Shown in pieces: positions 24,101 to 38,483 of a stretch of 64,000 bases of DNA. Under the pieces are notes generated by a model, which saw only the letters and a program-made list of their open reading frames with translations, was not told where the DNA came from and searched no databases. The DNA is from Lytechinus pictus (Eukaryota). Each line of letters starts with the position of its first letter. The stretch's first letter is position 1. Location of the stretch: NCBI RefSeq assembly GCF_037042905.1, contig NC_087251.1, positions 27,530,001 through 27,594,000 on the forward strand. Reading direction: 5' to 3'. Made by a program: the position numbers and the translations under genes.

Positions 24101-27100
24101 AAAATCGGTCAACTTAATTAGAGCTGCAATTTGACGACAAGTACTCGTAGAAACGGAATCAAATACAGGTATAAAAACCATAGACATAACACATGAAATT
24201 AAATTTAATGGTTTTTTAGTTTTTATTTTTACCCTCTTAAAACGTTACTTTGAATTTGGCCCTGTATATTGCAGTCTTTATTAAACATGCTTTTATAAGG
24301 GGGTTGGGGCACGAAACACGTGACCCAGACCTGTTCCTCTATCAAACTGCCATGACTGCGCCAATGTCCAATAGCCGACCGATCACGGTTGGCCCACTGA
24401 CCATGACGGCATGGCAGCTATCATCCACTCCATTAGATTTAAATAATGGCTGCTGCTAGATGCTCTTTTGATGTTGCCTCCTTGGAACAAGACCTTGAAT
24501 TTGATAAATATATGAAGCCCCCCCCCCCATCTTCCTCTTTCTCGGTGTTCAACACACGCTGTAAAATTGTGTCTTGAATTATCAACGACAAGCATCCTAG
24601 TATGTATTTAGTAGCTCAGTGGATTTTAAGATGGCTTTGATCATAATTTGTTTAATAATTCTTAATAGAATCCTTTATTTGATTTATTATAAAGCAATTA
24701 CAGAGCAATATTGTATAATTTGATATTCACCCGCAAATTATACATTACAATTATTTTCTTGCGCTTTATTATTTTCACTATATCTTTAGACAATATTCGA
24801 TTGCATCGGTGTTTTGTTGTGAGAGGGGGGGGGGGGGTTGAACGCCATTTTCAGGTTGTAACACACCCAAACAAAAACATAATGATAAAAATTGATATCA
24901 GAAGTTTACTCGACTCACAGTCACATCATTTCGTGAATGAAAATTGACGATGCCGATTTTTTATTAATAACATTTTTTCGCTTTGAATATTAATTTTGTT
25001 AAAGTCTTGTATTGTAAGAGGCAATAGTTTCATATACTCTTGATTGCGTATTATCATACAAGTCAGAGAATTAATGTCTTGGACAGTCTCCCATCAAAAT
25101 ATAAGAGGGAATTTAACCAGACCTTGAAAGATACTTAAGGATAATCGTATTAATTATATGATTTGAATATCAAGATGTGAAAAGGATGTACATAAATTCT
25201 AATCCAATTTAGTTACTCGATCAAAGGTGCTATAAAACTGAAAAAGAACTGCAACCAAAATGGCGTCATCGTGATACTATTATGAGAAATCATTATAACA
25301 ATATTAAAAGGAATGTGTTTAGTAGAATCATTGTTTAAAGATGTATTAAGCTTTACTAAAAGGATAAATCTATTGATACAAATGCGTATAGTATTGGTTA
25401 AGATATACAACTGTCATTTGGGGGCAAGATTTATCGACATGTCATAATTTCAAATATCAAACTCATTCTTTACAAAGTGTTCGTGGTTGGATCAAAATTC
25501 GATCAATTGTCCGAAGAAAAGAGGAACTTCCACTCGTTTGCCCTTTAAACATCATTTTATTTGATCGACCAGCATCAGAAATGCGTGCAATGTCTCACAG
25601 TCATCTCACATATCACCTTCATAAGGGAAACTGCTTTTATTGGCAATTTGTTAATAATACTTATTGGACGCGTCATGTGGGTAATAGTCCCTCGTGTGCT
25701 TAGTGGCACGTCCGCTTACTGCCGGGTTAAACCCAGTCACACCAAAGAATCAACTCTATAACATTGGACTGATTACTGGGAGCACGGTTACAACGATCCA
25801 TGTTCAGATATTTATCCCTGATATCCCGGACCTCCTCCCCTCGAATTTCGAATTTTGTACAAAAACCTATATATGGGAGAGGGTCATCTCGCCCCATCCT
25901 ACAGGGACAAACAAACCCCCAAAAAATAAATAAAGCGCCGCTCATGCCTGATAGTGTAAACCATTGACAAATCGATCACCTGACATACCTGATCGCCTCC
26001 ATGTTAGACAATCTATCCACCTGTCGATACATTCGGTGATTATAAATAAAACATGTTATTTTGTAAAATTAGATTGTCTCTGTTTATTGACGATGAAATT
26101 TCATCGCTTTTTCAGCCTTGACGGCTTCGCCTCAATAATCACATTTCACATAATATGTGAGAACGGAAGTATGGTATGAATTATTGGTTTTAGTGTGATC
26201 TTCATATTCAGGTTGTATTCTGTCTGTGTTTTTAAAAGAAATAAAAGTTTAGGGTTTTATTTTGTTCCTCCAATTATGTTTCATTTTCTGTCTCTTCTTT
26301 CACGCTTTCCTTGATACATCTCTTTTGCATCCTTGAAATCTGACCCAGTTTTACACTTTTTTTTTTACTTCATGATTTCACGAGTTCAAATCATAAATTC
26401 CCTTCACACTTCCTGCATCTATTTGGCATGGACACCACGTTGCTGTCGTCATAAATGTTCAAAATGGTTCGTTAAATTCCCCCTTTCATTCAAATCAAAT
26501 TTATGATTCTCCCGTGTGCTGCCATTATCTACACGTGAGCGATAGTGTGTCCATGAACATATTCAAATCGAAGGGTAGTGCAGACAATATATTTTCTATT
26601 CCCCAACGGAATAACATTGAATTATGTGAAAGAGACTACATCAATCATATTCGCTTTGAACATGACTTCGGCTTACCCTCAGTCTTTGGAGCAATCCATC
26701 ACGTGTTTTGGCAGACAAGAACGGATCCCTTAAAGGTTATGAGAATAATTGTCTTGAGGCGTAAACTCTATGTTCTTGTGTTTAAGATAAAATGAAACAT
26801 AGGGGCAAAAACTCACTTAGGAAAAGGTCAATCTTTCACTTAGAATGTCAAATTTGTTTTCTTATGCTTGAGGGGGAGATTTCCCTTTGTAGTATGGCGT
26901 CAATTTGAAAAATCACTATGCTTAAAGGTAAATGGATATAAGTGAGGGGTAATTTTTTTTAGTCGATTCGTCATATTCTGAAGGTATAAAGTATCGTCAC
27001 ATTTAATAAATTTCGATATTTGTTCGTTTAAAAGTAGGACACAATGCTGATTAAAAGTATTTTTCGAACGTATTTTCTTTAGAACATTTAATAACCCTAG

Positions 27101-29684
27101 CATCGAAATGTACTTAGGGGCATACTAACGCATGATCGTGGGTACGAATTGTTTTCTGGAGGAAAAACAATACACAAAATTTATTCATTCAAGCGAGAAG
27201 CGAAGCGACCGAAGAAAGCAATTGTGATATTTTTGGACGTTCTTATAATTTTCAGATTGCAATAGAAGTTTCTGGAGACACTTTTGGAAATTTGGTGTGA
27301 TTTTGTCTAAGTTGCCAGTGTGCACGGCAATGTTTACATTTAGAATCTCTCTTATCATGCCCGTAGCTCGTACATGGAAAACTTGCATGTAAAAATTGGT
27401 AATTTTCTTGTTGTTCGGATGCTGAGAGCAGAAGATTTACAATTACATTACCATTTCTACATTTTTTTGACAAGTAAATGAATGCATATCACTGAAAAAT
27501 AAAGACTATTTCTTAAGAATATTAAAACAACAATTTGATTTTTGTTATCCCTTTAATGGGGATCAATATTCACAGAAGGGTATCCGTAATTACAATTTTG
27601 GTTCAAAAGGGAACAGGGGGTAAAATGAAGGGAAGGGGATACGCCCCTTTATCCCGACATCCATGGGCACGATGAGCAAAATTGATACTTAAGAAGGGGT
27701 GAGAATATCCCCCTTTTCAAATTGATGCCATTGTCAAAATATTATCAAGGTAATATTGTATGATATAACGTTAATGGACAGCGCCTGTCACATGTCATTA
27801 TTATATCATTATTTATCCACCCCCTCCTCCTCCTCAAACGCCAACGTATTAAGCTCCTGTTTTGAAAAGGTCCATCCATTTTATACCAGCATTAGAAAGT
27901 AGCACACCACGCACCCCTGGTAAAGATTTGTTTTCAATCTTTCCTCAGCGAATGAGACCGTCAGCTATCATCTTGAAATAGCAAACACAATGACAAGCGA
28001 GATATGCCACTCAATCAAGAATATATCCCCCGTCATAATCGCCGGTTATTCCCACTTCATATACTGATACGCCCCGAACCACAAGGGGGTAAGTTAAGCA
28101 CAACTTAGTACCTTTTTGCTCTTATATAATTCGTTGTCGCTTTGAATTTAAAGAGAACAATTGGCACATTTATTTTTATTGATAATGACCCCCATATACA
28201 TCATTTACTTTCAGATGGCCTATAAACGTTCGAGAACACCTCGTACTATACAAAAAATTATTGCTAGCGTGGCAGAATAAAAAGAAAATGTCAACATCAA
28301 GACATTGAAGTTTTGTTCACAGTTTAAATTTCTTGCACAAAACAGTATTTTCCACACTGTTACATGTTTGACGACTTGTTTACCTCCAAAGACCTTGAGG
28401 CCATTCATTCAAAACCTTTCATTCAAGTAACCAACTCGATATCTACTAAGTATTAATCGTACGTTCATTCTCTCTCCGATGATCAGTCGTATAGAAAAAA
28501 ATGTTCCATCCTACGCAATTTTTCTTAATAGCGATACGATTTTATATTCTTGAATTATAAACTTGAGGTATTGACTGGCAAATAGCGAGAATTCGAGATT
28601 AATTCGGTTGTATGGTTGCTGAATAGGCGGTTAAAGCGATTTTGAACTATTATTTGGGTGTTTAGTTTCTGACCTAAACATGTCAAGTTGAATATGATTA
28701 AAGTAACAAAAAATTTAATGATAATGAAGATGATGATCGGATGATGACATTAAGAAAATGATTACAGTGAAAATAACCTTGACAATAATAATTATTGTTC
28801 AATGTATAAGTGATCATAGCAATAATGATTATAGTAGTAGGAACATTAATGTTAAACCTATATATAGTCCAGTCAATCTAGCCAGAATAGGGGGGTAACC
28901 CACCACTAATTGCAACACGAGATATTCCACTGAAATGCTTTCCAGGAAGGTCCCCTAAACAACATACTAAAAGTCCCAAGAAATCCAAGCAGTGGAAATT
29001 TATGAAATTTGCATATTATGCAAATTAGCCATGAAAAATTAGAAAAAGAAGGGAAATAATCCAAATATTACAAATTAAATGTCCATAACAATTTAATTTT
29101 AATGGAAATTCATGATAAATAACTGAATTCAATGTTTTTAATCAAAAGTGCAAAAATTTCTACCTCATTTGCATATTATGCAAATAAGCATCCTTAAATG
29201 GAAAAAATGTCAAAATATTGTGATTTTTCTCATATAGACTGCTTGAAAACATTTCATTAATGTTGACATTAATATGGTACTATATCACTAAGCATGAGAA
29301 CTCATCCCAATGCCTGAAAATTAATTTGCATATTATGCAAATTAGCCAAAATAGAAAATGAGGAAATTAATCCAAAGATTACAAATTAAATGTCCACAGC
29401 AAGTAATTTTGAACAAAAGTTCATGATGAATAAATAAGTTCAATATCTTTATTTAAAAAAGCTAGCAAATCTGCCTCATTTGCATATTATGCAAATAAGT
29501 ATCCTTATATGGAAAATGTCAAGAAATTTTGATTTTTATCACATTAACTGCAGTGAAAACGTTTCAGTTTTTCAAATTAATATACTGCTATCACTAAGCA
29601 TTCAAATCTATCCTAATATGATTTATATTCAAGGAAAAATACTGGAAATATGTTCTTCGCTTCCTATATAAGCCGCGTTGTTAG

Positions 29685-30600
29685 TCTGACAAGATGATGG
29701 GATTGGCAAGAACAAAGCACAGTATTTGAATTGGTGTGTAGTTTGTTGGAGTTGACAACCCTTTCTTATATGGATGGGAACGACTTTCTTGAAATTTCAC
29801 CGTATAAACATCATAAAGGGAGGCCAGGAAAAGCAAACTTATGGCAGGTAGGATCTGATGAGTAGTCTCATTAAGAAGTGCAGCAGAGATTCCGTCTGGC
29901 CTAGTAGCTTCATGCAGGTTGTTTTCTTTAAAGGAGAATGAAACCCTTGAAACCAGCTGAATCCATATCAAAGAGAAAAATCAAAGAAACATATTGTTGA
30001 AAGTTTGAGGAATATTGAATGAATAATAAGAAAGTTATGAGCATTTGAATATTGAGATCACTAATGCCATGTAGATCCTCCCATTGGCAATGCGACCAAG
30101 ATCTGTGATGTCACACACGTACAACTCCCTCATTGCTTTAGTACTTATTTCACTTATATTCTCACTTTTATAGTCTATCACAAAGTGAGGTGTTCTCTTT
30201 ATGAGAGGACAAGTACAGAGGTTTCACAACATTATATCATTGATGAATCGTTTGTCATATGATTAGAATGAGCAAAAAGAGATGTTTTGGGGTATATTTT
30301 CAGTGTCCAAAAGGGGAGAGTTGTTCATCTGTGACATCATAGATCTTGGTCGCATTGCCAATGGGAGGATCTCCATAGCATTAGTGATCTCGACATTCAA
30401 ATGCTCATAACTCTTCTATTGCTAGTCCTATTTTACTCAAACTTTTGTTGATCTTATTCTTTGATTTTTCTGCTTTCACAAAAGCTAACTTGCTCCAAGA
30501 GTTTCATTCTCCTTTAACAATTTCTTCAGTAGTCTGGCTACACCTGTTTGACTAAACAATGTGTTATCTGGTCATATCTGGGTCAGGACTGGGTCCCAGG
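29685..30600 (-). mobile_element. Degenerate LINE ORF2 fragment (pre-RT region) split by a MITE
   Basis: GVARLLKKL|..HEATRPDGISAALLNE..ILPAISLLF..YKKG..PTNYTPI matches the KAxGPDGI...KKG...NYRPISL motif of non-LTR retrotransposons. Reading continues across the insertion at 29932-30513. Confidence 0.75.
29932..30513. mobile_element. TTAA-flanked MITE (Kolobok-like) with about 185-bp TIRs
   Basis: TTAA|AGGAGAATGAAAC...GTTTCATTCTCCT|TTAA; long internal inverted match (CCCATTGGCAATGCGACCAAGATCT). Confidence 0.88.
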
Positions 30601-31917
30601 ACTTGTAGATCAGCGTCATTATCATCATCATCAGTGGTGAATACTATATAAGACTAAAAATCTTTGCCTTCCTTTAATAATGCTATTCCAATGTAGTCAT
30701 AGCTATTGATATTAAGGGTTCCCAACATGTTAATTGTTACAGCCTGGATAATTGTCAATCCGGTCAACAAATTATGTATTATAGGCTTGTCTACAAAGTA
30801 CAAACCCTCGTATGGTCCTCTTTAATGCATTGTAGCAATTCTGAGCTTTACCTTACTGACGCTTTTGGAGCTCTAAAATGTGCAAGCCTTCCTAAGCCTT
30901 TCTCTAAAACTCTTGACATCTTCCGACACAACTTATGTCCATTGTCTCATTGAGGCAACTTATGTCGGAAGAAGACATGGTTAACGGTGTGTTCTTGTTA
31001 AAGTCCTCTTGATTGGCATTCAGTCTCCTATGCTCGACTTGTCGGATTTCAGTACAGAGAGTTGTATGATTGTCCAAAGTACATCTGCATGACGCTATTA
31101 AAGTCAGCATTCCTCCAGAAGAACATCCTTAGTCGTATCATAATTACTAAAAGGTTTATTCCCCTGGATAACCTCACAGTATACCCATGAGTAACACATT
31201 GTGGCAAATAAATCCTGGAAGTGGTACACACTGTCTAATCAATGTTGGATGGTATTTGATGGTGATGTTAAGGGTGTTCCATTATGTTGTGTCCTCATGT
31301 TGGAAAGGCAATAATCTGGCTTATAGTCCTTCATCTGGTTTGTTCATTGTCCCACTAAGGAATTTCTGTTTACCATAAATATCAGGAAATTAATATCATT
31401 ATTTGCATACGACTTACTTAGAAACTATAGCTTTAATATTTGGAGATGGTTGCCATATCCTATAGGAAATTTATCAAAGAGGAAAGAAAAGAAAATGGAT
31501 GCTTCATCATGAAGCAGCAACTGGATTCAGCAAGAACGTCTTATCACGATTCCTGTATCTGAGAAAGATGCCTATAATGCACTTTCAGCCTTCATCATGA
31601 ATTTATGAATGGCTTTCATGTCACTCGTATAGGCAAATGCCCATTGTTACTCTTATTAAGCATGTTAAGCATGCCCAGAGATCTTGTGATCCAAGCAAGT
31701 ACTCATATTCACCACCAAGACAAGTGGTGATGATGATGATGGGTTCTTGTAAAGCGCCGGTATCCGCCTCAGCTGGGCGCTCATGGCGCTTGCTCAAAAA
31801 TAGGAAATATCTCACATATTTCAATGTCTTTAAACAGTGCTTAGGATCATCATTCAGTTCAAGTACTGTCCTAGTAATGCTACAATTGAGTTATTCTTGG
31901 GATAATGTTGGAGTGGG

Positions 31918-32400
31918 AAACAGAAAGGTCTTCAGGTAAGACTCAAAAGTTGATTGGGTCTCTGCTCTCCTGATAAATTGGGGAAGGCTATTTCACAGCT
32001 TTGGTCCAGAGATGTAGAATACTCTGTCACCCCAGGTTGTGTGGCTAAGAGATTCCCTCAGCAATGCTTGATCTGCTGATCTGAGACTGTGTGTTGGTCT
32101 ATGCTGAGATAAGAGTTCTGATATGTAGGGTGGATATTTATCGTTAAGCGCTTTAAATACAAGGACCCCAAGTTTATAAGCTAAGTGGTGTGCTACAAGG
32201 ACCAAATGTTCGAAGCTAATGGGCTTTTATTTGTACGGGTGTGACATCTTGTGCTGATCACTTGGCAATCCAGGAGCTTGCAAGCGTGGACTATACTCGC
32301 ACGAAACGCAAAGTCTCTACAACGTCAAAAAGAGAGCAAGACTTGGATGGAAATAACGAAGCATTCAAGCAGTGGGATCCATGTAGAATGGACTCATCAT
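31918..32400 (-). mobile_element. L2/CR1-group LINE 3' fragment
   Basis: AYKLGVLVFKALNDKYPPYISELL..PTHSLRS..WGDRVF..GPKL*NSLP..LKTFLF is a typical L2-type ORF2 C-terminus, here with stops. Confidence 0.8.
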
Positions 32401-34804
32401 TGTACAATATGAGTGGGGTAACTGCTCGTGACAAAAGTCAATATCAACCAAGAAAGAAGTGTAGGGAAGGTCAGCATGGTTAGCACACATATTCTACATG
32501 GAATTTTAGAGGAAAGTATCACGTTTGTGTTTCCTTGAATATTTATAACATGTCGGATGCTTATTTGCATAATATGTAAATTACACTTCAGATATTAAGC
32601 TGATTATTAATGTATTTGTCATTCTTAGTGATCACATCATATTGATCTAGACTGAAACGTTTTCATAACTGGTTTTGGGAGAAAAATCAAAATTTCTGGA
32701 TTTTTCCCATATAAAGATGCTCATATATATGCAAATGAGGTAGATTTATTAACGATTTTTTTTTTTTTTTTTAAATAAATAAATTTGTAAAACTTATCAT
32801 GGGCTTCAGTTCAATTCGTATTGTTTTCTGTACTTGATTTCCAATATTTGGATTATTTTCCTTATTTGTAATTTATTATGGCTAATTTGCATAAAATGCA
32901 AATTTTGTGATTTTCCTATATGCTTGTATATTTAAGGACTTTTAATATGGTGTTTAGGAAACGTTCTTGTAAGGTATTGCCATATTCCAATTTCAATAGA
33001 TAATCTACTTGCAATTTTTGAGGAATGTATCACCAGTGTGTTTTCTTGAATATTTATAACATGTTATATACTTTTATTTGCATAATATGCAAATTACACT
33101 ACAGACACTAAGCTGAATACAAATGTATTCAACGTCCTTAGTGATAGCAGCATGTAAATTTCAACATTAATGAAATTTCCAAGCAGTTAATGAGAGAAAA
33201 ATCACAATACATTGACATTTTTCCATATAAGGATGCTTATTTGCATATTATGCAAATGAGGTAGATTTTTTTGCACTTTTGATTAAAAACATTGAATACA
33301 GTTATTCATCATGAATTTTTGCTCAAAATTAAATTGTTTTGGACACTCAATTTGTAATCTTTGGGCTATTTTCCTTATTTTTCTATTTTTTAATGGCTAA
33401 TTTGCATAATATGCAAATTTCATAAATTTCCACTGCTTGGATTTCTTGGGACTTTTAGTATGTTGTTTAGGGGACCTTCCTTGAAAGCATTGCAGTGGAA
33501 TATCTCGTGTTGCAATTAGTGGTGGGTCAAACCCTATATTGACTGGACTAATAACAATAACACCAATAACGATAGCTAAAAAATGACGATTAGCATGGTT
33601 GTATGTAGCGAGAGGGAGGGGGTAGTTGCCCCCACCCCCGAGAAAAAAAAATCTGCATATATACGGTCATGACAAATAGTATGCTGATTATCAAAAACTT
33701 ACCTTGATGATCAGAAATGTATTTAATAATGATCATAATAATATAAAATGTCTGTCTTATCCTCTCTTGCTATCTTCTTTAGATCGTAACTTACTGGGTG
33801 TTGCGGCATGCGTCTAAACTGCATGCACAATATTTCAAACTGATTTAGAGATCTGTAGTGCAGATGGCACGATGGATGTTCTGAAGACGATGCAAATCTA
33901 ATCATGTGAAAAGGGTTATAGAATATATACATACAAACACTCTCTAATCATCTTTCTTTAAACATCTTTTCAATCGCTTTGCTTCCATATTATATCCCAA
34001 CCTAAGCTCCAATACTGCTTATCGCTCCTACGTCTCTATAATTATAACTATATTACTCACTTGGGGGGGGGGTGAAGAAACACTGTTGATACAATTGAAA
34101 CATTTGAAAGAGCGTTAATTTTTGTAAACACAAGGACAGGTTTTTGGTAAACATAATCATTATTTTGTACTGTTTAAAGATGCACTATGTTCGTTGTAAA
34201 AAGCCCCCATTACAGGTCAGAAAAAGCAAGCGCTTGTTTAAAGTAATCTTAAAACTTGTCTATCAACTCAACAATTATAATATTTTGCTTTTCTTGCATC
34301 ATTCTGTTAACTTAATGTTTGTATTTGATATATTTCTTTTTGGTCGTCGTCGTTTCACACGTCCACATTGCACATTAATTAAGGATAGCGTCAATGAATG
34401 TCATTTTTCAATGACGTAACCACATAAGTGGCAATACACTTTGACCCCCTTCCACCGTCTCTGTCTAAATGCACAACAGACAGGCAGGCAGGCAGTCGAA
34501 AGACTTGCCAAAGCTGTCTTTGCTCCGGGAAATTCGATCCGATTTCTTAAACCATCGGTGTTCTGTTTGATCAGAACTCGAGGCCGGAATCTAATTCACT
34601 TTCTCCCCACAATCTTGAAGCATCAAGTGCGCAATGCATCAACGGACTTGCCTTGAAGCCCTCCCCCACTACCGTTCCGCATCTTAAGTATCCCTTATGT
34701 ACACATGCCCTACACATTCTATTCGATGATGCGGCACCTTATAGCCGTTCGTGCTCTTAAAGCATTCAATATGTACCTAACCTATGCCACATAATGTCCC
34801 TTAA

Positions 34805-35833
34805 CCCTAAAAGGACTGGGCTATTTGAGATGTATTGAGGGCGGGAGGGGGGGGGGGACATGATGGCCCCCTCCTTCTGATCTCGGCCGCCGTAAGCGCG
34901 ATCGCGCCGAAATTTGGCACACACATTCTTTACCACATAAACTATACAAGCCAGTATAAAAAATAATAATAAACATTAATTTGTATAGCGAAGCTTTTAT
35001 ATGGATATTCAGCTGCGCTTGTTCAGAGCTCTTTTTGCTTATGTCTACACAGCATGTTTTCTTAACTAAAGTGATTTGAAGAGAGCCAAGGTTAAAACAA
35101 AGCTTAAAATTATTATTTTTTATATGTTATGAATATAATAATGCAAATTTATTCGTAAAATACATAGGGTGTTAAACATATTCAACACCCAATTTCACTT
35201 CAAAAGGATTCCACAAAGAAAAATTGCAACGCCTATTTTTTCCTTATGTATTTCTTTGTTTTTAGAATTTCTTATGTGTTTCTCTGTTTTGTCATCTTTT
35301 GTTTTTCATTGTTTTTTTTCAATGGAAATTATTACAGACCAATTAACAACTAAATTAAACCCTAAATTAATTAAGCAGACCAATTAAAACAGAAAATAAT
35401 CACACTTTTTATAAATGTGATCCCCCATAGACTTTGTATACAAAGTATAAAAATTAGCCATTTTCGGCATGATATTGTCTCGTAAAAAGTAATTTGGCGT
35501 CGCGATAATACCCGTATGTCGCGAATTTGGTCTCAAAAGTTGCGCGAGACTTCAAAGAAAAAAAGTCATAAAATTTTGCAGCGCTATCGGAGACTTTGGG
35601 AGGCAGGGAGCACGTGCCCTCCCCCTTTTGAGAAGCAAAAATAAAAATTTGTATTGCAAAAATGCCATTAAAACAGAGGTGTGCCCCCGCTTTTGAAATT
35701 GAAGACTTTTTTTTTTTTTTTGCTTGTCAAATTTTTCCTTCGAAAAATTTGCCCCCCCTTTGGAAAATCCTGGATCTGCCCCTACGCGAAGGATTGAGGG
35801 GGGAGGGGCATCATGGCCCTAGTCCTTTTAGGA
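34805..35833. mobile_element. piggyBac-like non-autonomous element, with a nested G/C MITE fragment at about 35590-35783
   Basis: TTAA|CCCTAAAAGGACT...AGTCCTTTTAGGA|TTAA. Confidence 0.8.
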
Positions 35834-36185
35834 TTAAAGCATTCCAAAGGACACATTGTTTCTTGGAATGGATGTTCTTGAATATAATAAGACGAATTCA
35901 AGTGCCCATTAATAACATTGCTATCAAGCGTTATAGCTTAATCCTATTATGTGAAGTAGATATATGATTGTTCAAAGTATCAATATACGTTAAAATTGTA
36001 TTAACTGGTAAATTCATTTTGACCAACCGATTCCTTGAGATAACACTAGAAGGCCTACATTTAATGCCGTATACAGACAGTGGAGGATTTTGACATAAGC
36101 GTCTTGCTTTGGTATTATGCGTGACTGCTTTTTATACAACTATGTCTGACAGAACACTCCCCAGGGAGTGGAGACGATATACTAT

Positions 36186-37180
36186 TGAACCTTGAACCTT
36201 GAAGAGTAATCCCTTTCAGCAGCTTCAAAGCTATCCCGGGATGAAAACATTATGTGTATCAGGGCGGGGTGCCATGGTGAAGTAATTTGAAATTTCACTT
36301 ATATACATTAAAAGTGAATGTGCACCGTGCAAGTAAAAACTGCCTCTTGGCTTACAGCATAAAATACAGCTGGGTTTGTTCCCATTACAACAGGTCCTGG
36401 TAGGTGATTCCAAATTTTGACAGTACGTGGGAAGAAAGAGAACTTGTATGCACCAGTGGTTGCTTTCGGTATAGCGTATTTAAGGCTGTGATCATGTCGT
36501 CCAATATATGTGGCAGGACCAATGGTAGGAGGAAAAGGTACAGCAACTAGATGATGATGAATTTTATGGAAGAGGGTACACTGAGCAAGAAGACGACGTG
36601 TATATAGAGACTATCCCATCCGAATGCAGACATAAGGGCTGGGAAGGTATTGAGGTCCTGTAGTCACCGTGTACAAAGCGAGCAGCTGATCTTTGCACTT
36701 TTTCAATTGAGCTAACAATTGTAGCTGTATGCGGGTTCCATGCCTCTGATGCATATTCCAATTGTGGACGGACCAATGCAGTGTAGGCTCTGGCTTTCAC
36801 CTTTTTGGTACATGGTGACAAGGTCCTTCGGATAAGTCCCAAAGTACGACTTGCTTTTTGTCTGATGTTCTGGCAATGCTTATTCCAACGTAAATCAGCA
36901 GTGATCGTCACACCTAGGTATTTGTATTCACTTGCTCTTGGTATAAGATCATTGCGGAGAGAGTAATCATAGAAGCCAGGCACACGTTTTCGAGTTATTG
37001 ATATAGAACTGCACACTTCTTCACATTGAAATTCATCAACCAGGTTGAAGACCAATTGGATAGTTGCTGGAGATCCTGTTGAAGAATGTGATGGTCATTA
37101 CTTTTGGAAATCTCTATATAAATTACACAGTCATCAGCAAATAGCCTCATATTTGACCTTATCTTATCTTGGATCAGATC
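36186..37180 (-). mobile_element. 5'-truncated CR1-group LINE (RT C-terminal half, frameshifted)
   Basis: NMRLFADDCVIY..LQQDLQQLSNWSSTWLMNFNVKKC, then YKYLGVTITADLRWNKH..KASRTLGLIRRTL..AYTALVRPQLEYASEAWNPH. The 3' tail is (TTCAAGG)n at 36186-36203. Confidence 0.92.
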
Positions 37181-38215
37181 AAAGAAATGATTAAGAATCC
37201 AGTACCATCGGCAAAATATCATCTTTTCGTGATGATCAAAATCATATATACCGACTTGAGCAAGGACGGTACCAGTGTTTTCTGATTAGCGGGAGTATGA
37301 CAACACGAATGTGGTTATATTTTTTCGATACAGACAAACAGATGTTATTTGCACAACTCAAAATCTTGTTTTCACAAATACTTTTTCATCATAATCATGA
37401 TAATTGTTCTTAATGTTCTATTTGACCTTTTCCCTCGACTTGAAAGAAACTTAAAGGGCAGTTGCCCCCTGTCGTCCCCTATTGGTCTTCGAGCAGCTCC
37501 TAAAGCTGAGCGAATCCCAATTCGGAAGTAGGCCAGGGATCCCCTGACCATAACCACAACCGCAGTCGATGTGACTTCCTTAGAGCTCAGTTGTATCATA
37601 CATAATTGATGTCTTAACATTAATACACTTATGAGCACAAATATATGGTTTCCATGTCCTCATTAATTTCCCAGATTTTCCCTAATTTATTACGTCATTA
37701 CTAAAAAACAAACAAAGGAACCAGTTTCATATTCCACTTCCATTTGAAAGTGTCTCCCATTCAACTGCCGACTTCCTAGCACAATTCGATTTATTTTTTC
37801 ATTCTCACTTGTTTGCGGAAATAGGTCTATATATATTTTTAGATCTACCTTCGTCTACAGATGAAATCCGACTGCATTTTGTTAAAAAAATGAAAGTGTG
37901 ATAATATAATGCGTGGTTCATGTAATAATGATCACTACAAAACGACCCTCTCGAAATTACGAGGGGAGTGGGGTAGGGTAAGGCAGCTTCAGTCTCTGTT
38001 TCGTCGGTTGTTCTTTAGGAATGATAATAACAATCTTTAATTTTTGCCATCTTTTGCAATATTTTTGTGTATATCTGCCAGTTATAAAAACTATAACATC
38101 TTGCACTTGAATCAGTTTCTTACCATATATTCGTTGACTTAAGCATTGATCTTCAAATCAGAGCGAATTCTATATATACCCATACTTAGTTATGAGTTTA
38201 GGAAACAGCTTGACC

Positions 38216-38276
38216 CAATGGCGTACCTAGGATTTTCCACAGGGGGGGGCAAAATCGGCCGCCAAAAAATTTGACA

Positions 38277-38311
<35 letters not shown>

Positions 38312-38483
38312 TCTTCAGGCTCTTCAGGGGGGTCATTAAAGGTCTTCACGTTCGTCAGGGGGGGGCAAAAAAGGTCTTTTAAGCTCGTCAGGGGGGCAGG
38401 TATATGTCTTTTGTATGGGTTGTGGCTCGTCAGGGGGGGCAGAGTGCCCCCTCTGCCCCCCCCCCCCCGTAGGTACGCTAGTG
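38216..38483. mobile_element. hAT-type MITE with 8-bp TSD
   Basis: TIR CAATGGCGTACCTA / TAGGTACGCTAGTG; perfect TSD GCTTGACC at 38208-38215 and 38484-38491. Confidence 0.9.

Larger units (their letters stand above)
28865..33550. mobile_element. Non-autonomous Academ-like DNA transposon (4.7 kb, long sub-repetitive TIRs)
   Basis: Termini TAGTCCAGTCAAT / ATTGACTGGACTA, with more than 400 bp of near-perfect inverted arms and a 3-bp TSD ATA (28862-28864, 33551-33553). TAG termini, long TIRs and a 3-bp TSD are Academ signatures. No intact transposase ORF. Confidence 0.8.
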
